64,000 bases of DNA from Pseudomonadota bacterium (lineage in GTDB: Bacteria; Myxococcota_A; Polyangia; Palsa-1104; JAEUJZ01): NCBI GenBank assembly GCA_035340095.1, contig DAORGN010000002.1:1160-65159 (forward strand), read 5' to 3'. Shown here piece after piece: positions 35,112 to 45,785 of the stretch. Position numbers and translations under genes: made by a program. A model generated the notes under the pieces. The model saw nothing but the letters and a program-made list of their open reading frames with translations. It made no database searches and was not told where the DNA came from. Position 1 is the stretch's first letter. Every line of letters begins with the position of its first letter.

Positions 35112-36398
35112 ATGGCCGATCTTTCCGTCGATTTTTGTGGAATCAAGTCGCCCAATCCGTTCTGGTTGGCTTCGGCGCCACCGACGAACACAGGCGATCA
35201 AATCATGCGTGCCTTTGACGCTGGCTGGGGCGGAGCGGTGTGGAAGACGCTCGGGCAGCCAATCGTCAACGTGTCGTCGCGCTATTCATCGGTCGACTAT
35301 GCCGGACGACGCATGATGGGGCTTAACAACATTGAGCTCATCACCGATCGACCGCTCGACGTGAACTTCCGCGAAGTCAGCGAGGTCAAAAAGCGCTATC
35401 CCAAAAACGCGCTGATCGTGTCGCTGATGGTCGAGTCGAAGCGCGAAGCCTGGCACGAAATCGTCCGTCGTGCCGAAGACGCTGGTGCCGATGGCCTGGA
35501 GCTAAACTTCGGCTGTCCGCACGGGATGAGCGAGCGCGGCATGGGCAGCGCCGTCGGACAGGTGCCCGACTACACCTGCCAAATCGTCAAGTGGGTCAAA
35601 GAAGTCGCCAAGACGCCGGTGATTGTGAAGCTGACGCCGAACATCACCGACATCACGTTCCCGGCGCGCGCGGCAGAGCAGGGTGGGGCCGATGCGGTGT
35701 CGCTCATCAACACGATCAACTCGGTGACGGGAATTGATCTGGAAACGATGACGCCGCGTCCGGCGGTCCATGGTGCATCGGCGCACGGCGGCTACTGCGG
35801 TCCCGCGGTCAAACCGATAGCGCTGTCGATGGTCGCGTCCGTTGGCCAGACGGTGAAGATCCCGATATCTGGCATCGGTGGCATTGCCAACTGGCACGAC
35901 GCGGCAGAGTTCATTCTGATGGGCGCGACGACGGTGCAGGTCTGTACTGCGGTCATGCACCACGGCTTCCGCATCGTGCTCGACATGATTGACGGTCTGT
36001 CGTCGTATCTGGACCGCAAAGGGCTGGCCAGCGTAAGTGACTTGGTGGGCCGCAGCTTGCCGACCTATCAGCGCTGGGAACAGCTGGACCTAAACTACCG
36101 CGTCATCGCCGACATCAAGCAGGACAAGTGCATCGGCTGTGGCGTCTGTTATGCCGCTTGCTACGACGGAGCGCACCAGGCCATCGCTGCCAAACCGGAT
36201 GGGCGGGGTCGTTCGGCGGTGCAAGTCCTAGAACACAAGTGCGTCGGGTGCAACCTCTGTAGCTTGGTCTGCCCCGTCGAGGATTGCATCACGATGAAGC
36301 GGGTCGACACGGGTTCTGACACGCGCGTGCCGTGGACGGAATACAGCAAGAACCCGTCTTTGTATCCGCACATCCGATCCAATCGTCACGACCAGTAA
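35112..36398 (+). CDS. preA: NAD-dependent dihydropyrimidine dehydrogenase subunit PreA (DHODH-like + 2x[4Fe-4S])
   Basis: DHOD/DHPD TIM-barrel blocks (LELNFGCPHG, PVIVKLTPN) are present. A C-terminal ferredoxin domain carries CIGCGVCYAAC and CVGCNLCSLVCPV. Confidence 0.8.
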   Translation: MADLSVDFCGIKSPNPFWLASAPPTNTGDQIMRAFDAGWGGAVWKTLGQPIVNVSSRYSSVDYAGRRMMGLNNIELITDRPLDVNFREVSEVKKRYPKNALIVSLMVESKREAWHEIVRRAEDAGADGLELNFGCPHGMSERGMGSAVGQVPDYTCQIVKWVKEVAKTPVIVKLTPNITDITFPARAAEQGGADAVSLINTINSVTGIDLETMTPRPAVHGASAHGGYCGPAVKPIALSMVASVGQTVKIPISGIGGIANWHDAAEFILMGATTVQVCTAVMHHGFRIVLDMIDGLSSYLDRKGLASVSDLVGRSLPTYQRWEQLDLNYRVIADIKQDKCIGCGVCYAACYDGAHQAIAAKPDGRGRSAVQVLEHKCVGCNLCSLVCPVEDCITMKRVDTGSDTRVPWTEYSKNPSLYPHIRSNRHDQ

Positions 36399-36401
36399 GC
36401 C

Positions 36402-37892
36402 ATGTTGCCGTCGCTTGTGACCGTGGCGCAGGGCCTTTATGGGCTTCTTCTCCTCGGACTGTGGCTGCTTTTGATCGCGGCGAGCGCGCATCTTTTGCGG
36501 CTTGGACTGTGGGCGCTTGCGCATCCGCTGGCTTCTGTGTCGGTTCGGAAGCTGGCTGATGGTGATTTGCCGGTTGTGACCGTGCAGCTACCGATGCGAA
36601 ATGAACGACTGGTGGCGGCGCGGGCGATTCGGGCTGCGTGTGCGCTCGACTGGCCCAAAGATCGGCTGCAAATTCAGGTGCTCGATGACAGCGATGCAAC
36701 CGACGAAACGGTGGCGATTGTCGATGCGGAAGTGGCGGCGCTGCGATATGCCGGATTTGACATCAGCGCGGTGCGTCGTCCCGACCGACGGAGCTTCAAG
36801 GCGGGCCATCTGGACTTTGCGCTGCCGTCTTCGCGCGGTGAATTCATTGCCGTGCTCGATGTCGATTTTGTGCCCCAAGCGGATTTTCTGCGACAGCTCG
36901 TGCCGCATTTGGTTGCGCAACCGCAGCTTGCGTTTGTGCAGGGTCGCTGGTCGTTCCTCAACGAAGACGACAGCCTGCTTTTGCGGCTCCAAGCGCTGAT
37001 CCTGCATGGTCTTTTCCTCGTCGAGCAGTCCTATCTTTCAGCGCACCGGCAGCCGGTTCAGTTCAACGGGTCGGGCGGAATTTGGCGCAAAGCGGCGCTT
37101 TCGCAAGCGGGCGGCTGGGTCGGTGGCGACAGCGATACCGAAGCGTCGGTGACCGAAGACCTCGATCTGTCGTTTCGCGTGCGACTGTTTGGGTATGAAT
37201 CGCTGCTTTTGCCGCAGGTTGCGGTGCCCACGGAGCTTCCGGAATCGATGGCGGCGTTTCGCAGCCAGCAGAAGCGCTGGGTGCGCGGTGGGGCCCAGGT
37301 GCTGCGCAGTCTGCTGCACAAGCTGTGGTCGCCGGGGCGTTCGCTTGGCGAGCGGCTGACGATGCTGCTCCATCTGTTGCGGCATGCGCGGCAGCCGTAT
37401 CTGGCGCTGGCGCTTTTGTTTTTGCCGCTGCCACCGCTTGGCGTGCTGCATGGTCTGTTTGCGCCACCGGGAGGCATGCTCGCAGCGGTGCTGATCCTGT
37501 GGACGGCGCTTTCGGTGTATTACGGGGCGGCGCTCTTGCGACTGCAGCGCTCGCCGTTTTGGGCGGTGCTGCTGGCCCCGCTTGTGATGGCACTGTCGAT
37601 GGGCTTGTGTGTATCGCTCACCGTCGAGCTTTTGCGTGGCGTGCTGTCCTCGCGCACCGGCGCGGAGTTTGTTCGCACGCCGAAGACGGGAGGACAGAAA
37701 GAACCTGCCAAGCAGTACCGACCCGTGTTTGATAGGCTCGCGCGGATCGAAGTCGGGATCGGCGGGGCGTATCTGGCGCTGTCGTTTTGGCTGTTTTGGC
37801 GCGGCGACTACCTGACCGCGCTCGGCTTTGGGCTGCTGATTGGGGCCGGGCTTCTGTGGGTCGGCGGCGGTAGCTGGCGCATTTCGCGCTAG
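36402..37892 (+). CDS. family-2 glycosyltransferase, membrane-embedded processive type
   Basis: An N-terminal TM helix is followed by a catalytic domain with DDSDATDE (DxD-like) and QQKRW (QxxRW), then a polytopic C-terminal region. It starts 3 nt after the preA stop. Confidence 0.75.
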   Translation: MLPSLVTVAQGLYGLLLLGLWLLLIAASAHLLRLGLWALAHPLASVSVRKLADGDLPVVTVQLPMRNERLVAARAIRAACALDWPKDRLQIQVLDDSDATDETVAIVDAEVAALRYAGFDISAVRRPDRRSFKAGHLDFALPSSRGEFIAVLDVDFVPQADFLRQLVPHLVAQPQLAFVQGRWSFLNEDDSLLLRLQALILHGLFLVEQSYLSAHRQPVQFNGSGGIWRKAALSQAGGWVGGDSDTEASVTEDLDLSFRVRLFGYESLLLPQVAVPTELPESMAAFRSQQKRWVRGGAQVLRSLLHKLWSPGRSLGERLTMLLHLLRHARQPYLALALLFLPLPPLGVLHGLFAPPGGMLAAVLILWTALSVYYGAALLRLQRSPFWAVLLAPLVMALSMGLCVSLTVELLRGVLSSRTGAEFVRTPKTGGQKEPAKQYRPVFDRLARIEVGIGGAYLALSFWLFWRGDYLTALGFGLLIGAGLLWVGGGSWRISR

Positions 37893-37895
37893 CGG

Positions 37896-38681
37896 TTACG
37901 CGGAGCTCGCCGACGGAGCCGCCGGGGCAGCGCCCGGATCAGGCAGGGCAGATGCGGCATGACCGAGAGCCACTTTGGCGCGCTTGCCAAACGGTGTCTG
38001 CGGATAGGCTGCGGCTCGTTCGTAGCGACGACGGGCTTCCACGGGCTTGTTTTCAGCTTGTGCCACTTCGCCCAGCCAAAACCAGCGCTCGGCGGTGCGG
38101 CCCGGATCGACCTGCCATTCGGGATCGAACTGGAGCGACACCGACTCTTCTTCGGAACGCAGCGCCGACAAAAGCGCCGCTTCCGATGCTTGGTAGTTTT
38201 TGCGATGCAGCTCGGCAATGCCGCGGGTGCCACTGATACAGGCTGACAAAAGCGGATCTTTCGATGGTCCATCGTCGCCCGCCAGCAGCTCGACCGCATC
38301 ATCCAGGTGTCCGACCGCATCATCGGGCTTGCCCAGAAATGTCAGCGTATACGCCCGGTTGTTGAGCCACAGCGCGACTTCGACCGGGCTTAGCTGCTGA
38401 AGCTGCACTTTGTCGAGCTCCTCCAGTGCTTCGCGGTGATCGCTGACAGCATTGAGCGCACACGCCAGGTTGATGCGCAAAAGCTGTTCTTCGCGCAGTG
38501 GCATCGTGCGGGCAAGCGCGACGCGGTAGTACCGGATGAGCAGCGCCGGGTCGTCGCTCGGCAGGCTGGGCGGATCGTCGTCGGCATGCTCGCTGAGCAG
38601 CAGCGCCGAGCGATTGCGCTCGTGGCTGGTCAGCGCCGCGATGACGGTCACCCAGACAAGCAGGAAGAAGATTCCCAGCAC
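37896..38681 (-). CDS. membrane-anchored TPR-like repeat protein (hypothetical)
   Basis: An N-terminal TM helix is followed by alpha-helical repeat-like segments and an Ala/Pro-rich tail. Confidence 0.4.
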   Translation of the reverse strand: MLGIFFLLVWVTVIAALTSHERNRSALLLSEHADDDPPSLPSDDPALLIRYYRVALARTMPLREEQLLRINLACALNAVSDHREALEELDKVQLQQLSPVEVALWLNNRAYTLTFLGKPDDAVGHLDDAVELLAGDDGPSKDPLLSACISGTRGIAELHRKNYQASEAALLSALRSEEESVSLQFDPEWQVDPGRTAERWFWLGEVAQAENKPVEARRRYERAAAYPQTPFGKRAKVALGHAASALPDPGAAPAAPSASSA

Positions 38682-38726
38682 GACTCTAGTTTACTCCGCT
38701 TAGGTGCCCTCGCTCCGACGATCTTG

Positions 38727-39065
38727 TCACGAAATGCCGAGCCTGATGCTGCGGGCAAGCAGCGCCGACAAGACGGTTTCCAGCGTCGAGACAAGCTCGG
38801 CATCGGCGGTCTTCCACAGCTTGCCGTCCGCATCCGGATCGAAGTGCCACGCCTTGCGCTGCGCCGCCATCCAGATTTGCCGAGCCGCCCGGTGCCGGTT
38901 GATGACAATTTTTTGCCCGTTGCCGAGCGTCAGATTCAGCACGTCGCCGGACATCTCGACGTCGACTTCATCGGGATCAAAGGTGGAAACCGCTCGCTCG
39001 ATGCGACGGATCATCGCGTCGGCGAGCTTGTCAAACTCTGCGTCCTGTTTTTCGCGCGGATTCAT
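38727..39065 (-). CDS. cyaY: iron donor protein CyaY (frataxin homologue)
   Basis: 112 aa. The blocks FDKLADAMIRRIE, GDVLNLTLGNGQKIVINRH and QIWMAAQRKAWHFD line up with CyaY. Confidence 0.8.
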   Translation of the reverse strand: MNPREKQDAEFDKLADAMIRRIERAVSTFDPDEVDVEMSGDVLNLTLGNGQKIVINRHRAARQIWMAAQRKAWHFDPDADGKLWKTADAELVSTLETVLSALLARSIRLGIS

Positions 39066-39147
39066 AGCGTTCCGTGAGCCTAGCGCGCCTTGCGCTTTCC
39101 GATAGATGAAATGTCACCAAAGCGCCAGCTGCGTCACCTGCTGTGGC

Positions 39148-41652
39148 CTACTGGCGGAGAGCGATGGGAACTTTTTTGCCCAATTGATCGATGACTTTTT
39201 GGTGGGCTTTCTGGACTTCGTCATCGGTCAGCGTCCGCTGGTCTGATTGATAGGTCAGGCTAAACAGCAGCGCTTTCTGTCCCGCCGGAACGTGTCCTTG
39301 GGCGCGATAGTCTTCGAGCAGTGCCACATCACGGAGCAGCGGCTCTTCCGACTTTTGCATCGCATCGAGAAGCGCTGCCGCGGACACATCCTGCGCAACG
39401 AAGAACGACAGATCACGGCTCGTCGCTGGGAATCGCGAGTGTGCCACGTAGTTGGGCTTGCTGATTGGCAGGTCCGGCACCGCAAGTTCCAGCGCAAACG
39501 CTGCCCCAGGCAGATCCAGCTTGCTGCGCAGATCCGGATGCAGTTCACCAAACGTCCCGATGACCGCACCGCTGTGCGCAAAACACAGTGCCGCTGCCGC
39601 ACCAGGATGCAGCATCGGGGCTTCGTCTGCCGTCGCTGCGCGCACAAACACGGCACGCGCGCCGGCACTTGGGTCAGGCTGCCACACAAGCGAAAGACCG
39701 AGCCCTGCGACAAGCTGCTCGACCAGGCCTTTTGCATCGTAAAAGTCGAGCGCATCGCCCGGTGTCGGTTTGAGAAAGTGATCGCGATGACCGCAGAGCA
39801 CCGCCGCAACGTGGGTTTGTTCCGTCGGCAGGACTTCGTTGGCACCGGACGGCTGAAACACTTCGCCCACTTCAAACAGCCGCAGGTCGGTCTGTCCGTG
39901 CGAAAGGTTTTGCCGCACAAGCTCGACCAAACCGGGTAGGAGCTTGCTCCGCAGCACCGAAAGTTCTTCGCGCAGCGGGTTTTCGATGCAAAGCGGTGCA
40001 AGCTCGCGCCGACCTTCGCCGAGCTTTACCCGATCGGGACTCGTCATCGAAAACTGAATCACTTCGAGCAGCCCAAGCGACGCACAGATCATTCGTGCGC
40101 GGTCGGCATTGCGGTAGCGCGTCATCTGCACAGACGGCGGCTGTGGCTCGCTCATCGGCATGTTCGGCAGCGTGGTCGGAATGTGGTGCAGACCGTAGAC
40201 GCGCGCGACTTCTTCGATCAGATCAATTTCGCGGGTCAAATCGGGGCGGCGGGTCGGAATCTCGACCGTCAGAAGTTTCCCGTCGCTGTGTACGGGCAAA
40301 CCGATCGCTTCCAGACACTCCTTTTGCATCGCTGCGGAAATCGTCAGCCCCAGCATGGCCGTCGTGCGCTCCGGGCGCAACGTCAGCGTCGGCAACGACA
40401 GTTTTTTCGGGTACACATCGGTCGCCGCAGCAGCCAGTTGTCCACCCGCGAGCTTCACAATCAGTGCGGCGCAGGCATCGGCGACTTCGGGAATTGCATT
40501 GGCATCGGTGCCACGCTCAAAGCGATGCGACGCTTCGGTGTGCAGCTTCAGCTTTTTCGCGGTGCGACGAATCATCGCCGGTGCAAAGTACGCGCACTCC
40601 AGCAGCACATCGGTCGTCGATTCACCGACTTCCGAAGTCTGTCCGCCCATCACACCCGCTACGGCGACGCCCTTTTCGGCATCGGCAATCAGCAGATCAG
40701 ATGGACCCACTTCGCGCTCTTGTCCGTCGAGCGTTTTGATCTTTTCTTCTGGCTTGGCCCGTCGCACGACAATTTTCTGTCCCGCGAGCTTGTGCAGATC
40801 AAATGCATGGAGCGGATGCCCATACTGAAGCAGCGCCAGGTTGGTCGCATCGACGACATTCGACAGTGCTCGCACCCCGAGTCGCTGGAGTCGCAGACGA
40901 TAAAACAGCGGACTTTTGCCGACTTTCACGCCGCGGATGAGGTGGCCCAGATAGCGCGGGCAAGACTCGCTGTCTTCGACGACAATTTGCGCTGGTTCGG
41001 TTTGTGCCTGATTGCCGCGAAGTGCCGCCAGATTGACCGACTGCTGCCGAAGTCGCACGCCTTCGTGACGGAACAGCGCCGCAATTTCACGCGCGACGCC
41101 TGTGTGACCCAAAAGGTCTGGCCGATTGGGCGTAATGTCCAGCTCAAACACCCAATCAGGCAGTCCGGCGGCTTGCGCAACATCGCCGCCAATGTCGATG
41201 CCGTCATCGGGCGACAGAATCACAATCCCGTCGTGGTCTTCGGAAAGCCCCAGCTCGTCTTCGGCACACAGCATGCCGGGCGACGGAATGCCGCGCACTT
41301 CGCGAACGCTCAGGACAAGTCCGTTTGGCAGCGTCGCGCCGGGCTTTGCCCACAGCACCCGCGGACTGCGCCCCGGCTCACCGGGGTTTGGCACATTGGG
41401 CGCTCCGCAGACGACCTGCGTGACTTCTTTTCCATCAAAGACATCGACCAGCGTGAGCTTATCGGCCTTGGGATGTGGACGCTTGCCTCGCACTTCTGCG
41501 CAAATGACGCCCGAAAGACCTTTGCCAATCGGATGCAGCGCATCGACCGCCACGCCGGACACGCTCAGTCGGTCGGCGACCGCTTGCGGGGTCACGCTCG
41601 ACGGAATCTCCAGTAGCTCACAGAGCCAGTTCCAAGAGACTTTCATTGCCAA
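39148..41652 (-). CDS. pheT: phenylalanine--tRNA ligase beta subunit
   Basis: 834 aa. The N-terminal MKVSWNWLCELLEI block is conserved in PheT, and the full B3/4, B5 and FDX-ACB domain order is present. Confidence 0.9.
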   Translation of the reverse strand: MAMKVSWNWLCELLEIPSSVTPQAVADRLSVSGVAVDALHPIGKGLSGVICAEVRGKRPHPKADKLTLVDVFDGKEVTQVVCGAPNVPNPGEPGRSPRVLWAKPGATLPNGLVLSVREVRGIPSPGMLCAEDELGLSEDHDGIVILSPDDGIDIGGDVAQAAGLPDWVFELDITPNRPDLLGHTGVAREIAALFRHEGVRLRQQSVNLAALRGNQAQTEPAQIVVEDSESCPRYLGHLIRGVKVGKSPLFYRLRLQRLGVRALSNVVDATNLALLQYGHPLHAFDLHKLAGQKIVVRRAKPEEKIKTLDGQEREVGPSDLLIADAEKGVAVAGVMGGQTSEVGESTTDVLLECAYFAPAMIRRTAKKLKLHTEASHRFERGTDANAIPEVADACAALIVKLAGGQLAAAATDVYPKKLSLPTLTLRPERTTAMLGLTISAAMQKECLEAIGLPVHSDGKLLTVEIPTRRPDLTREIDLIEEVARVYGLHHIPTTLPNMPMSEPQPPSVQMTRYRNADRARMICASLGLLEVIQFSMTSPDRVKLGEGRRELAPLCIENPLREELSVLRSKLLPGLVELVRQNLSHGQTDLRLFEVGEVFQPSGANEVLPTEQTHVAAVLCGHRDHFLKPTPGDALDFYDAKGLVEQLVAGLGLSLVWQPDPSAGARAVFVRAATADEAPMLHPGAAAALCFAHSGAVIGTFGELHPDLRSKLDLPGAAFALELAVPDLPISKPNYVAHSRFPATSRDLSFFVAQDVSAAALLDAMQKSEEPLLRDVALLEDYRAQGHVPAGQKALLFSLTYQSDQRTLTDDEVQKAHQKVIDQLGKKVPIALRQ

Positions 41653-41661
41653 ACTCCTCGC

Positions 41662-42795
41662 CTAACGAAACTGCTCGGTGAAGCGGGCATCCCCCGCGAA
41701 AAACAGACGCAGATCGCTAATGCCATAGCGCAGCATCGTCATGCGTTCCAGGCCGGTGCCAAACGCAAAGCCCGAATACTTTTCGCTGTCGTAACCGACG
41801 TGGCGGAAGACTTCGGGATCGACCATGCCGCAGCCCAGGATTTCGATATAACCCGAACCTTTGCAGGTGCGGCAGCCCGAGCGCTTGCAGAAAAAGCACT
41901 CGATGTCGACTTCGGCGCTCGGTTCGGTAAACGGGAAGAACGACGGACGCAGTCGCAGGCCAATCCCCGGACCAAAGAAGCGCTGCACAAAATAAAGCAG
42001 CGTGCCTTTTAAGTCGGCCATTGTGATGCCTTCGTCGACGCACAGCCCTTCGATTTGCTGGAACATCGGCGAATGCGTCGGGTCGTCGTCTTTGCGATAG
42101 ACTTTGCCCGGCGAGATGATGCGCACGGGCGGTTTCTGCGCAAGCATGGTTCGGATTTGCACTGGCGAGGTGTGCGTGCGCAGCACCAGCGGTTCGTGCC
42201 CCGGCTTGCTTTGCAGATAAAACGTATCCTGCATATCGCGCGCGGGATGGTCTTTGGGCATCGCCAGCGCTTCAAAGTTGTGAAAATCGGTCTCGACCTG
42301 CGGACCCGTGGCGACGTGAAAGCCCAGCTCGGCGAAGATGCCTTCCAGTTCCAGCCGCACTTGGGTCAGCAGATGCAAGCCGCCCAGCTTGTGCTGCCGA
42401 CCCGGAATCGTCACATCGAGCCGCCGCTGGAGATCGGCTTGGCGCTTTTGCTCGTGCAGCTCCGCGAGCCGGGCCGCAAACAGTTCCTCGGCTTTTTGCA
42501 GTGCAACATTTCCGAATCGACCGATCTCAGCTTTCGGGTGCGTGTACGGATGGTTTGTGGGTGCGGCACCCCTCGGAAAGTTGGGATTCTGCTCCGCGCG
42601 TTTTTCCGGCCCGGGGGCGGCTTTTAGCGCATCGGCGAGACGCTTGCGAATCTCGCCTTCTTTGCCGGCAAAGCGCGCATAAACGACCCGCAGCGCAGGT
42701 TCGTCTTTGGCCAAGGCCAGCTCTTTTTCAAAACGAGAAAGGGATTCATCGAAGAGGCGGGCCAGCTCGCCCGCGCGGCTGTCATTTTGGTTCAT
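41662..42795 (-). CDS. pheS: phenylalanine--tRNA ligase alpha subunit
   Basis: Class II aaRS motifs FPFTEPS and GCGMVDPEV are present. It lies 9 nt upstream of pheT. Confidence 0.9.
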   Translation of the reverse strand: MNQNDSRAGELARLFDESLSRFEKELALAKDEPALRVVYARFAGKEGEIRKRLADALKAAPGPEKRAEQNPNFPRGAAPTNHPYTHPKAEIGRFGNVALQKAEELFAARLAELHEQKRQADLQRRLDVTIPGRQHKLGGLHLLTQVRLELEGIFAELGFHVATGPQVETDFHNFEALAMPKDHPARDMQDTFYLQSKPGHEPLVLRTHTSPVQIRTMLAQKPPVRIISPGKVYRKDDDPTHSPMFQQIEGLCVDEGITMADLKGTLLYFVQRFFGPGIGLRLRPSFFPFTEPSAEVDIECFFCKRSGCRTCKGSGYIEILGCGMVDPEVFRHVGYDSEKYSGFAFGTGLERMTMLRYGISDLRLFFAGDARFTEQFR

Positions 42796-42874
42796 CGCGA
42801 TACCTTACCCCAGAAATGACAATGCCCGCCGAAGCGGGCATGTGTGACAGACAAGATGGGCCAGGACTTGTGCG

Positions 42875-43234
42875 TTACGCCTGAGCCTTGATTCCTGCCT
42901 GCGCGGCAATTGCTTTAAAGCCAGCCGGATCGCTGATCGCGAGATCCGAGAGGATCTTGCGGTCGATCTTGATGTTGGCCTGCGCAAGCGCGTGGATCAG
43001 CTTCGAGTAGGTGGTGCCAATCTCACGGGCTGCCGCATTGATCCGGATGATCCACAGGCGGCGGAAATCACGCTTGCGCTCGCGACGGTGCCAGGTGGCA
43101 AATCGCCACGCATGACGCACCGTTTCGACCATCGCTTTCCACAGTGTGGACCGACCTCCGCGGTAGCCTTGGGCAAAGGCCTTGATGCGGTTGCGACGGC
43201 GACGTGCTTTAAAACCTCGTTTTGCTCTTGCCAT
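42875..43234 (-). CDS. rplT: 50S ribosomal protein L20
   Basis: MARAKRGFKARRRRNRIKAFAQGYRG... is the canonical L20 N-terminus. A GGAAG ribosome-binding site lies upstream. Confidence 0.9.
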   Translation of the reverse strand: MARAKRGFKARRRRNRIKAFAQGYRGGRSTLWKAMVETVRHAWRFATWHRRERKRDFRRLWIIRINAAAREIGTTYSKLIHALAQANIKIDRKILSDLAISDPAGFKAIAAQAGIKAQA

Positions 43235-43418
43235 GACTCTTTGTCTTCCTCAGTCGTATCGGCATCGGGGCTGCTTGAACAAAAGCAGCTTGGAACCCTG
43301 AGCCTGATGTTAGAAGGGCCGACCCGAGGCCGACCCATACGAGAGGCCACTTGGTAACACAGTGGCCCTCGATTTGTAAAGTCCGATGAGGACTTCGGAA
43401 ACGGCTGCTTGGGCCGCG

Positions 43419-43958
43419 CTACTTCTTTTTGCCGGGGCCGTTGTGGTACTTCATCAGGCGCTTTTCGCCGATGGTGTGGATCTTGTTGTCGGCGACCAGC
43501 TCACCGAGCGGCTGGCGCAGCTTGTTGGCCAGTTCCGCACGATCGACACCCACGTTGGCGAGCAGCTCGTTGTTGATGTTGTCGGCGATTTCGCCACGGC
43601 TCAGGCCATCTTTGGCATTCGAGAGCACGCTGGTGATGATGCCTTTGAGCGAGTTCTTCTGCGCTTCCGACAGGCGGGTGCGCTTGGCTGCGGCCTTGCC
43701 CGGCTTGCTTTCCGTCGGACGCTTGCCACCGATCGCTTCCACAAAGTCAATGATGCCCATGGTCGACACTGCCGCCCAGACATCCTTGTGCTGCTTGAGG
43801 CTGGTGATGAACTCCTCGACCGTCGTCTTGTTGGTCGGGTGCAGTTTGAAGAACATCGTCATCGCAGCTTGGCGACGCAGATCCTCGTTACGCGCCTGAA
43901 GCTCTTGCTCAAACAGGGCGGTAATGTCAAAAGCGGTTCCAGTCTTTTTTCCAGCCAT
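43419..43958 (-). CDS. hypothetical Lys-rich protein (possible nucleic-acid-binding)
   Basis: 179 aa with Lys-rich N- and C-termini. It occupies the position where infC and rpmI usually sit upstream of rplT. I did not recognise a family. Confidence 0.4.
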   Translation of the reverse strand: MAGKKTGTAFDITALFEQELQARNEDLRRQAAMTMFFKLHPTNKTTVEEFITSLKQHKDVWAAVSTMGIIDFVEAIGGKRPTESKPGKAAAKRTRLSEAQKNSLKGIITSVLSNAKDGLSRGEIADNINNELLANVGVDRAELANKLRQPLGELVADNKIHTIGEKRLMKYHNGPGKKK

Positions 43959-44138
43959 TGTGATCTCCTATGTGATTGCCAGATGTCCTGGCCTGGTTTG
44001 ACCAACGTTTTCTTCTACTAGTACAACTTGATACGCAATTTGCAACCGGTTTGTGGTCTGCGAAACGCGGGCGCATTCAAAAACTGATGTGACTTGCTGT
44101 CAAGCGCCAAAATCTGACCCTCCAGTCGATGCCATCTG

Positions 44139-45785
44139 TTGGAAGCAGACTGTGGTAGGATGCCTCCTCCTATGAAGATTCGCCGCCAGCTCTCACCGCT
44201 CTACTTAAGTTTTCCGCTGGTCTTGATCGCGGCGCTGGCGCTGGCTCGCTACTCGTATCGCAACGCCCGACAACTTGCGCAGAACAGCGAAGGATCGGTG
44301 ATTGCAGGTTTGTTCGCACTTGGTGATCAGACCCGCAGTCGCGTCGAGAGCTTCATCATTGACTCCGACCGCGAGCTATTTAATCTCGTCGACCTCGAAC
44401 ACCTGCAGGACTTTTCGCGTCGCTGGTCGGAAATTGTTCGCTTATCGCATGCAGTCGAAGCCGCGATTGTGCTCGATGAAAACCAGCAGCTCGTGCGCGG
44501 CGGCTATGTCAATAAGCGACGCAACAAGCCCGAGGCCGAAGCGTTTCTGCGTCTGTTCATGGATCGCATTCGACCCGAGCTGCCGCTCGCCGAGCAGCGC
44601 CCCGACTTCCACCGCCATCTGCACACCAATGTGGATGGTGTCGATTACCTGCTCAGTTACATCAAGCGCTATGACGCCGCCCGCAATCGCGTCTTTTACA
44701 TCATCCTGAAGGTGAACCTCGACTACTTGGTGGGCACGAGCTTCCCCGAGATGTTCGAGCCGATCGCCGGTCGCTTCCTGGTTTCGGTGATTGGCAGTCG
44801 CGGCGAAGTGATCTTTGGTCAGCCGATCTCGGGGGCGGGCAAATACCTGTACGACAAGCGGTTTGAATCGACCGTCTATCAGTGGCGCTTGCAGATGGCG
44901 CCGCTCGATAACGTCAAGCTGCGCGCTGGGAGCCAAAAACAAGCACTCGCAGATACCATTTTGATTGGTCTGATGCTTGGACTGATTCTGATTGGTACGG
45001 CCTTCCTTGTGTACTCGATCTCAACCGAGCAAAGGCTATCGGCGCTCAAGTCGGAATTTATCTCCAATGTCAGTCATGAACTAAAGACGCCGCTGTCGCT
45101 GATTCGGATGTTTGCTGAGCTGCTTATGCTTGGCAAAGTGAAGACGCCGGAAAAAGGCCGTGAGTACGCGGGAATCATCACCCGTGAGTCCGAGCGGCTG
45201 TCGCGACTTATCGACAACGTGCTCGACTTTTCGCGGATGGAGCGTGGCAAGGCGGCCTACGAGATGAAGCCCGGTGATCTGGGTGAAGTGGTAGAACGGG
45301 CGCTGGATTTTTTCCGCTATCGCCTTGAGCGCGAAGGGCGGCAGCTTGAAGTCGACATCGCAGAGTCCATACCGCGCACGCTGCTGGATGAAAATGCGAT
45401 GACCCTGTTGCTGCTCAATCTGGTGGATAATGCGGTCAAATATGGCGGAACCGGACCGATCGCGGTAAGGCTTTGTGTCTCGCCGCGCGGCAAGGAGATT
45501 CTTCTGAGCGTGACCGACCACGGACTGGGGATTGCCCCCGACGAGCAGCGCAAAATCTTCGAGCGCTTTTATCGAACCCGCGCAGTCCGCAACACCAACA
45601 TTCGCGGATCGGGCATCGGTCTGGCGCTCGTCAAACACATCGCGGAAGCGCATGGTGGCCACATCACTGTCGACAGCCAAGGCGGCAAAGGATCGACATT
45701 TACGCTGACGCTGCCGGTTTCGGCGATCAAAGAAGAACCAGACGAAGCGGGTGGCGACGCCGCTTTTGACAAGGGAGACAGCTAG
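44139..45785 (+). CDS. sensor histidine kinase (membrane, HisKA + HATPase_c)
   Basis: Two TM segments flank a periplasmic domain. The H-box is [12 protein letters not shown]. The N, G1 and G2 boxes are LVDNAVKYG and [12 protein letters not shown]. An alternative start lies at 44172 (MKIRRQ). Confidence 0.85.
   Translation: MEADCGRMPPPMKIRRQLSPLYLSFPLVLIAALALARYSYRNARQLAQNSEGSVIAGLFALGDQTRSRVESFIIDSDRELFNLVDLEHLQDFSRRWSEIVRLSHAVEAAIVLDENQQLVRGGYVNKRRNKPEAEAFLRLFMDRIRPELPLAEQRPDFHRHLHTNVDGVDYLLSYIKRYDAARNRVFYIILKVNLDYLVGTSFPEMFEPIAGRFLVSVIGSRGEVIFGQPISGAGKYLYDKRFESTVYQWRLQMAPLDNVKLRAGSQKQALADTILIGLMLGLILIGTAFLVYSISTEQRLSALKSEFISNVSHELKTPLSLIRMFAELLMLGKVKTPEKGREYAGIITRESERLSRLIDNVLDFSRMERGKAAYEMKPGDLGEVVERALDFFRYRLEREGRQLEVDIAESIPRTLLDENAMTLLLLNLVDNAVKYGGTGPIAVRLCVSPRGKEILLSVTDHGLGIAPDEQRKIFERFYRTRAVRNTNIRGSGIGLALVKHIAEAHGGHITVDSQGGKGSTFTLTLPVSAIKEEPDEAGGDAAFDKGDS

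Noticed and set aside
43235-43418. A hidden rpmI (L35) gene between the unknown 179-aa gene and rplT
   Set aside because: All three minus-strand frames were translated. Only an 18-codon ORF with weak L35 resemblance exists, and 185 nt cannot hold a 64-aa L35. This is reported as a uORF/remnant finding instead.
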